From: Candidatus Odinarchaeia archaeon
GTDB lineage: Archaea > Asgardarchaeota > Odinarchaeia > Odinarchaeales > Odinarchaeaceae
Assembly: GCA_029856525.1 (NCBI GenBank)
Contig: JAHQXC010000003.1
Span: forward strand, 1 to 32,000
Length of the DNA: 32,000 bases
Direction: 5' to 3'
A program made the translations under genes and the position numbers. The notes below the pieces were generated by a model. It ran no database searches. It worked only from the letters and a program-made list of their open reading frames with translations, and was not told the origin of the DNA. This document shows, piece by piece, positions 17,541-23,570 of the stretch; the stretch's first letter is position 1; every line of letters starts with the position of its first letter.

Positions 17541-19115
17541 ATGCTGAAAACCGAATTCCAGTCAATCATCGAGACAACAATTAAAGATTATCTTGATAAG
17601 AAGACCGTGTGGAGTGAATTTTTAGAATCACCTATAATATTTAACGACGATCATATTCAAATAGCTCGTAGAATATTTCAAAAATATGTTTCGAAGATAA
17701 TCCCTGAAACTATACTAGAAGACCTCGAATACCTGCTATTATATAAGCTATCTGACGCTTCGATACGCCAAAGATTACTGGAAGAGTGGAGTAATAAAAG
17801 GAATTCAAATATAGAAGACGCTACTAAAATCACATATGAATTCGAAGACGGATCGTGTTATAGAGCTGTCTACGATCTTATTCTTTATGATAAAATGACC
17901 AGCGGCTTATTCCTTCCAACGATTTTAGAAAACATGAAGAAATTAGAGAAATATAATTATACTCTCGATTTAAAAGACGCATGCCATTATATACGTCTTC
18001 ACTCTCTTTTAACCTATACAGTTGAGTTGGATACAACGGATATCAAAATCATAGAATTGCTGAGCAAAGACCCTCTTATCTCAAATAACGAGGCTGCTAG
18101 CCGGCTCAGATTATCGAGAAATACTTTTTCAAACCGTCTGCTAAGACTTCAGAAAAGAGGCTGCTTATTTTTCAATGGCAGAATAAACCTTGAAAGACTA
18201 GGTTTAAAAATTTTAACGATCATGACAGATCAGATTATTCCAAAGCTACCATATATGAGAATTGTTCAAGAGCTTAGAGGAGGGTCAACCGTCTACCTTT
18301 ATTCGTTTAACATTCCTGAAGAGTTTCTAACCTCTTTTATTGAACTGGTTAAACCTTATATAAGAAACGCTGAATACTGGATTGATGAAGGACCTGGACG
18401 GCACTCTCTCTCACTAAGAAATTCCTATGATACTGTGAATAAGAAATGGGCGTTCAACTGGGAGAACTGGGCGTTATGGGTGAGAAAGGTTTTAGATGAA
18501 TCATGGCATACGCTTTACGTTTCAGGTGATGTAGAGGAATCAACTCCAGGGGGAGAGCATAATCTCAGAATATTAGATTATGATATACTAGACTTAGAAT
18601 TATTAAATCAGCTAAGCTATGACTTCAAGCAGCCTATACGGGATATTTCACTTAAACTAGGGGTTTCACCTACCACTGTTTATGAGCGTAAAATTCGTTT
18701 AATATCTAACGGTGTTGTTAAACCAACTTTATTCGTTGAAAATATAGGGTTAGATGAACATGTATTTATTAAAATTAAAGGATCGGAGAAAATCATAAAT
18801 TCTGTGGAATCAGGCTTACTAGATCTGCCGAGTGTGTACATTTTTCGGGTTAGAAATTTGCAAGGGGAGAAAGCACTTAACGCATATCTTTTTCTTCCTA
18901 AAGGGAGTCTTGTAATGGTTGATTACACTCTTAAAAACTATTTGGAAGATATGAGTGAGGAGGTTGATTTCAAGCTTTTCTACAGGCTTAAGCAAAACTA
19001 TCTCTCTCAGGGTTTACCGTTCACCTTCGAAAACACGTATTTATATAAGGAAGAGTTTAGAAAATGGATTTTCCCGCAAAAAACTATTATTAAAATATTA
19101 AAAGAAGGTAGCTGA
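17541..19115 (+). CDS. Large transcriptional regulator with two Lrp/AsnC-type winged HTH domains
   Basis: HTH1 LDTTDIKIIELLSKDPLISNNEAASRLRLSRNTFSNRLLRLQKRG (about 18027-18161). HTH2 LDLELLNQLSYDFKQPIRDISLKLGVSPTTVYERKIRLISNGVV (about 18588-18720). Each is followed by a beta/alpha region. ATG 17541 with CGGTG SD preferred over 17454. Confidence 0.8.
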   Translation: MLKTEFQSIIETTIKDYLDKKTVWSEFLESPIIFNDDHIQIARRIFQKYVSKIIPETILEDLEYLLLYKLSDASIRQRLLEEWSNKRNSNIEDATKITYEFEDGSCYRAVYDLILYDKMTSGLFLPTILENMKKLEKYNYTLDLKDACHYIRLHSLLTYTVELDTTDIKIIELLSKDPLISNNEAASRLRLSRNTFSNRLLRLQKRGCLFFNGRINLERLGLKILTIMTDQIIPKLPYMRIVQELRGGSTVYLYSFNIPEEFLTSFIELVKPYIRNAEYWIDEGPGRHSLSLRNSYDTVNKKWAFNWENWALWVRKVLDESWHTLYVSGDVEESTPGGEHNLRILDYDILDLELLNQLSYDFKQPIRDISLKLGVSPTTVYERKIRLISNGVVKPTLFVENIGLDEHVFIKIKGSEKIINSVESGLLDLPSVYIFRVRNLQGEKALNAYLFLPKGSLVMVDYTLKNYLEDMSEEVDFKLFYRLKQNYLSQGLPFTFENTYLYKEEFRKWIFPQKTIIKILKEGS

Positions 19116-19122
19116 CTCCGTT

Positions 19123-19344
19123 TCAGCGGAGTCTAATCATGCATTTATTTTGGCTGACGTATACGTGGACTGGTCGACTGTATTTCTCCTCTAAATATCT
19201 CGCTATTTTTTTAAGCTGCTCTGATTGTTTAAATCTTCTAAAATCAGGGATATACGCTTCAATCCAGTCGTTAGCGTATTCCTTTACGACTATCCGGCTT
19301 GAAATAAGCTCTTTTAACTCGTTGAAATCACTGTACAGGCTCAT
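19123..19344 (-). CDS. Small hypothetical protein (alpha/beta)
   Basis: 73 aa. Strong SD GGAGGT 7 nt before ATG. Confidence 0.75.
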   Translation of the reverse strand: MSLYSDFNELKELISSRIVVKEYANDWIEAYIPDFRRFKQSEQLKKIARYLEEKYSRPVHVYVSQNKCMIRLR

Positions 19345-19487
19345 CTTTTAACCTCCTTTTTTATCTCGGCCATCCAATAGGCACCATTTAATTTTTCCCT
19401 CCCTCTTTTTAAATTGGAATATTTTTGAATTAAAAAGTATAGATTTTTATTTAAAAATTTAACTATATAATATAATAAATAGGAAAA

Positions 19488-19535
19488 TAGTTAACTAATA
19501 CTTGAAAAGTTAACTTAACAATTAAAAGTTAACTT
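19488..19535. promoter_or_regulatory. Three phased 10-bp palindromes WAGTTAACTW with 19-bp period (candidate operator)
   Basis: TAGTTAACTA 19488-19497, AAGTTAACTT 19507-19516, AAGTTAACTT 19526-19535. Confidence 0.65.
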
Positions 19536-19557
19536 AGAAAAGAAAAAGAAAAAAATA

Positions 19558-20064
19558 TTATAAGACGCGGTCTAAAGACTTCACTGCATAATCTAGTTCA
19601 TCGCTTAAACGGGTTAAATGGTATAATTTACTTGTTAAATGAGTGCTGTTCAAGAAAAGTTCTAAATGTTTTTTAATAGTAGCGGCTATATTTCCGAATA
19701 ATTCACGGGCAGCGTCGGAATCGCTTGTTTCTTCAGGGGAAGCCATAGATCTCTGCTCTAAGGCTTCGATAGCTATAAGTATTCTCTTTATATGCGTGTC
19801 TTTAACACCGTCTACGCTTATAATCTTCCCGTTACTATCTTTAAGAACCCCTGTAATCTGTTTTTTAACAAAGTTTATGAAAGCTGGAAGCTCATGGCCT
19901 ACGAATATAACTTCTAATTTATTTTTATCTTCTACTAGAACCACCGGCCCCTTTGGAAAATTCAGGGAATTAGGTATTAAAAGCCCTTTACTCCCACCCC
20001 AGTCTCTGATACGGCTTTTAAAACACTGGTTCAATAACCTGCTCTTATTCGAATTAAAACCCAT
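19558..20064 (-). CDS. AbrB/MazE-type swapped-hairpin protein with C-terminal helical domain
   Basis: KSRIRDWGGSKGLLIP matches the K-I-x-x-W-G-x-S-x-G-x-x-I-P AbrB/SpoVT pattern. SD GGGAGGGAG. Confidence 0.6.
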   Translation of the reverse strand: MGFNSNKSRLLNQCFKSRIRDWGGSKGLLIPNSLNFPKGPVVLVEDKNKLEVIFVGHELPAFINFVKKQITGVLKDSNGKIISVDGVKDTHIKRILIAIEALEQRSMASPEETSDSDAARELFGNIAATIKKHLELFLNSTHLTSKLYHLTRLSDELDYAVKSLDRVL

Positions 20065-20168
20065 CTACTCCCTCCCTTCATCAGTAAACCCCTCACCCCC
20101 ATTTTTTTTAATTAAAAATATAAAAATAGTTTCTTAATAATTTTATGGTTAAGATTTAAATTTTTAAA

Positions 20169-21014
20169 TCATTTTTCAGTTTGAATTAAATCCTTTCCAG
20201 CAGACTCGAGAAATTCAAGCACTCTATTATAGTCTTTAAAGCGTATCCGCCCGTCTACACTTAAATATAAATCTTTTGTTTGTATCTCCGTCCAGCTTCC
20301 AAGCCGGCTTAAATCAATCTCTTGCCTTCTGTTAAGCTCTATTAAACCTTTCCCGACATCGCTGCCATGGAAAACAATTTTTTCAATGCCATCAGTGCCG
20401 CTTATCTCTCTGGAACAGGATAAGCTGGCTGTTAAAACATCTTTACAGTTTGAAACAAAATCTTTTATAACGTAAGCTGGGAAACTGATTTTATATAATT
20501 TTAAATTATAATTTTTTATTTCAGCTAAGATTTTATCGCTTTCTTTAAGACTGTTCCTGATAATTGCAACCGCTTTCTTCACGTCGAGAAATCCGATCAT
20601 GTTTTTATAAGCTTCCCGGATAGTGGATTTAACGCTTAATTTTTCAACGTTAAATAAATAATATGACTCTGATTTCAAAGGTTTTTCAATCCATAGATAA
20701 GTTTTATCAGGGTTATTTAACTTTTCTAAATCAAGTTTTAAACTATAGGCTGAAGAGATCTGTTCGATTTTATATAGTGTCCAATCATTCTCCCAGAAAA
20801 CGTTTTCAGAATTTAAAGTCTTTTGTAATGCTAAATATAAGCTGATTAACCTTGGCATCTTCTTGTAATCTAAACCTGCTGCTAACAATTCTTTAAGTTT
20901 AACACCTGTAAACCCCAGATACTTATAGAACTCCTTCAACTCGCTTTGACTGTATTGTTTTAATAATTTAGAAAGGGGGATTGTATCCACTGTTGGAATG
21001 TTTATTCTACTCAT
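20169..21014 (-). CDS. Hypothetical protein, possible CENP-N/Chl4-like
   Basis: 281-aa ORF, probably a real gene. The family call is tentative, from recalled motif similarity (GLDY..M..L..YL, DWTLYKI, FHGSDVGKGLIEL.RRQEIDLSRLGSW). Confidence 0.4.
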   Translation of the reverse strand: MSRINIPTVDTIPLSKLLKQYSQSELKEFYKYLGFTGVKLKELLAAGLDYKKMPRLISLYLALQKTLNSENVFWENDWTLYKIEQISSAYSLKLDLEKLNNPDKTYLWIEKPLKSESYYLFNVEKLSVKSTIREAYKNMIGFLDVKKAVAIIRNSLKESDKILAEIKNYNLKLYKISFPAYVIKDFVSNCKDVLTASLSCSREISGTDGIEKIVFHGSDVGKGLIELNRRQEIDLSRLGSWTEIQTKDLYLSVDGRIRFKDYNRVLEFLESAGKDLIQTEK

Positions 21015-21347
21015 ATATTCTGCTTCCAGTCTATAATAATTAAAAATATTTAATATTATCTCAAAGTATATAAGCTATAACCTGAATTAAAAGTTTAGAC
21101 TAATACACACCTTTAGTTTTAAGATAGGAGAGGCATCGATTAAAAATTGTTTTATTATAGCGGTGTGTAAAAACGTTTAAATCATGGATGCCACGGTTAA
21201 ATAATTATATTGTTAACGAGATAAAAACAGGTTTTTAGAAATATTTTATCAAAGCCATCATAGAAATCCATGGGTTTAAAGATATGAATGCTTCCGCTTT
21301 AACTTCACAGCAGACTATCTGATGTAGATAGGTGAGAGTTGATATTC

Positions 21348-21364
21348 TTATAAAGCTATATAAA
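21348..21364 (+). promoter_or_regulatory. Candidate TATA box(es) for the E2F-like transcript
   Basis: TTATAAA at 21348-21354 and TATATAAA at 21357-21364. Predicted start near G21381. Confidence 0.45.
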
Positions 21365-21381
21365 TTATAATTATAAATAAG

Positions 21382-21448
21382 GATGAGTGGTGGAAGCGGC
21401 CCTGAAACCTGTGAAGAGAAGAACTCTTCTCAATGAACAGGACTCATC
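21382..21448 (+). ncRNA. Candidate structured RNA (5' leader or sRNA)
   Basis: GATGAGT 21382-88 pairs with ACTCATC 21442-48. CCTG 21408-11 pairs with CAGG 21438-41. Internal hairpin GAAGAG-AAGAA-CTCTTC. Confidence 0.35.
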
Positions 21449-21510
21449 TGTGAAAAACAAGTTGTAGATCACCCGCTAATATTTGTTTAAAAATAATCGA
21501 GGCGTCTGTT

Positions 21511-21957
21511 TTGAAACTTATAGAGCTGACTAAGAAAGTAGTACACTGTCTCAGGAATTCGCCTAAACCTTTATCTGCAGTTGAAATAAGCAAGCAAATA
21601 AATCTCCCTATTGAAAAGAAGCGGAGAATCTATGATGTTTTAGACGTATTAGAGGTTTTAGATGTTATAAAAATATCTCGGCGTGGTAATGAGAAATTAG
21701 CTCAATGGATTTCTTCAACAGAGAAACCTGTTGTAAAAGAGTCTTTAGCTGTTGAGAGAAAAATAGAGGATAAGCCTCACTGCGTTGTTAACGTTGACTT
21801 AGTTTTCCCTTCATCCGATTATAAGAATTTAAGTAATCCAACCTGGCAGGAAATGATGATTAGAGATGTTAAAAGAAACATTAAGGGTTTACTGGATATA
21901 ATCGTTAACGATATTAAATTAACGGAGGCTAAGAGGATTCTAGCAGCCAGTCAGTAA
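21511..21957 (+). CDS. E2F/DP-family winged-helix DNA-binding protein
   Basis: L..LT.K.V..L (helix 1), KRRIYDVLDVLEVLDVI (E2F/DP recognition helix RRxYD..xVL), then QW at the end of the wing. TTG start with GAGG SD. Confidence 0.8.
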   Translation: MKLIELTKKVVHCLRNSPKPLSAVEISKQINLPIEKKRRIYDVLDVLEVLDVIKISRRGNEKLAQWISSTEKPVVKESLAVERKIEDKPHCVVNVDLVFPSSDYKNLSNPTWQEMMIRDVKRNIKGLLDIIVNDIKLTEAKRILAASQ

Positions 21958-21959
21958 CC

Positions 21960-22331
21960 TTAGCTTTTATCGCTGCCTAGTATTTCAGATATATCCGCTT
22001 CTTCCTTCCCCCTTCTCTTAATTTTAATTTCAGGTCCGCGTCCCTCTATTCTTCTCTCTAAAAGCATTATATCAGTCTTAGATATTTTAGATTGAAGGCC
22101 ATACTGGTTGACTATCATTATGATTATATTCTCTATTTCCGCTGCTACAGAGGGTTTTAACTTATAAAGTTCGTTAAGATATTTTAACGCGTCTTCTTCG
22201 CAGACTAATCCGAAAAATTTAGCTTTCTCCTGTTTCACCTTCTCCTGGTATTCTTTTAATTTAGCCTGCTCGTTGATTCTCTGAATCATCTCCTTCATTT
22301 TCTTAAGTCTTATCCGCTCTAATTCATCCAT
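21960..22331 (-). CDS. PDCD5-like double-stranded DNA-binding protein
   Basis: MDELERIRLKKMKEM N-terminus, EDALKYLNELYKLKPSVAAEIENIII, KISKTDIMLL, EIKIKRRG. Confidence 0.75.
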   Translation of the reverse strand: MDELERIRLKKMKEMIQRINEQAKLKEYQEKVKQEKAKFFGLVCEEDALKYLNELYKLKPSVAAEIENIIIMIVNQYGLQSKISKTDIMLLERRIEGRGPEIKIKRRGKEEADISEILGSDKS

Positions 22332-22618
22332 TACTGTTCACCTAGTTTAACCATAAGTGACTGCTATGGATATAAATATTCGCTTTACCTAAGGTTAATA
22401 AAGTTGATTTTGCTGTTTAAAAATTTGTATTTTAATATTCTCTTATAGTTAAATAGTTTACCTGTAATTCACGCTGCCGGGTTTACCCTGCTTAAAGCGG
22501 CGGTCTTCTCGCGGCGAAATTTATAATATTACTAATATCTTAAATTTCAGCGTGCGGTTTATACTAATGGTATGCGCAATCCCCTCTTGTTTAATTGCCG
22601 GCCGGATGCTTGTGTAAT

Positions 22619-22846
22619 TTATTGTGAGGGTAGACTCTGTATTTTATATACTAGGCCGTTAACTCTTTTTAATTCTGCTGCGAGTCTAGCTGTGATGAAT
22701 TTTTCTCTTACAGGCGCGTTATCTGGTATAGCTGTGTATATTACTTTATTTTCTTGATCTACTATTATTATACATGAGTTTTTATCCGGTTCAGCTACCG
22801 GTTTTAGCTCCCCCTCCTCTGTTACACAGTAGATTTGTCTCCCCAT
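22619..22846 (-). CDS. Single-domain gelsolin-like protein (ProGel-like)
   Basis: IYCVTEEGEL...DKNSCIIIVDQENKVIY..PDNAPVREKFITARLAAELK follows the gelsolin-repeat order of strands and long helix. ATG 22846 (75 aa) preferred over 22882. Confidence 0.6.
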   Translation of the reverse strand: MGRQIYCVTEEGELKPVAEPDKNSCIIIVDQENKVIYTAIPDNAPVREKFITARLAAELKRVNGLVYKIQSLPSQ

Positions 22847-22966
22847 ATGAATCCCATTTTGTAGTTTAACTACATATAGCATAAATTAATATTTATACTT
22901 TTCCATCATTCTAAAAATATAAAAGTATATAAATACACTTTTCAAAAAATAAAGCTGGTAATCGTT

Positions 22967-23563
22967 ATGAAGTTTATTTTAACCGGGGTTCCAGGCGCTG
23001 GAAAATCAACTGTTTGCAACAGGCTTCTAGAGAGAACCAGCGATGTCAGCGTGGTGAACTACGGGGACATGATCTTCGAGGATGCTAAAAAACTCTATCC
23101 AAGTCTTATCCAAGTAAGAGAGGATGTGCGTAAGCTCCCCAGAGACGAATATAAAAATATACAGGTTGAAGCCGCTAGAAAAATAAGTCTAATAAAGGGA
23201 AACGTGGTAATCGACACTCACATGTCTGTTAAAACACCTTACGGTTTCTATCCTGGTTTAATCCCTGAAACACTTCATATAATACAGCCTGATGGAATAA
23301 TTCTTTTAGAGTTTAATCCGAGGGATGTTATCGCTAGACGGGAGAAAGACAGGTTAGCTGGGAAGCGTGTTACACGTGACAGTGAGAGTGAAGAAGAGAT
23401 ACTTTTACATCAACAGGTGAATCGAATGTACGCTATCAGTTACTCGGCTATAAACCAGTGTTATGTTAAGATAATAGATTTAACGTGGCCTCAACAATAT
23501 GATTTTCAACACACAGACTACGCTGTAGGGAAGATAATAGAAATGTTAAATTTTAAACTGTGA
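22967..23563 (+). CDS. adkA: Adenylate kinase, archaeal type
   Basis: GVPGAGKST, VNYGD, IDTH, TPYGFYPGL, RRxxDxxxxRxTRD, ESEEEI..HQ..NR. Confidence 0.93.
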   Translation: MKFILTGVPGAGKSTVCNRLLERTSDVSVVNYGDMIFEDAKKLYPSLIQVREDVRKLPRDEYKNIQVEAARKISLIKGNVVIDTHMSVKTPYGFYPGLIPETLHIIQPDGIILLEFNPRDVIARREKDRLAGKRVTRDSESEEEILLHQQVNRMYAISYSAINQCYVKIIDLTWPQQYDFQHTDYAVGKIIEMLNFKL

Positions 23564-23570
23564 TCACGTT

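Noticed and set aside
19643-20137. 164-aa plus-strand ORF
   Set aside because: Antisense to the minus-strand gene that has a strong SD and an AbrB-like motif. Its sequence is rich in S/F/L/I, as expected for a reverse-complement shadow.
21381-21448. SAM-I or glycine riboswitch identity for the leader
   Set aside because: GAGUGGUGGA..GGCCC.UGAAACC resembles SAM-I P2, but the AUC/GAU P1, GCAACC and GGUGC elements are missing. The glycine aptamer core is also incomplete.
22506-22519. TTCTCGCGGCGAAA as an E2F binding site
   Set aside because: GC core flanked by T/A tracts, but it does not match TTTSSCGC on either strand. A single loose match is not evidence.
22470-22554. tRNA gene or tRNA-like element
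   Set aside because: A 7-bp closing stem is present, but there is no TTCRA T-loop, D-arm or anticodon arm.
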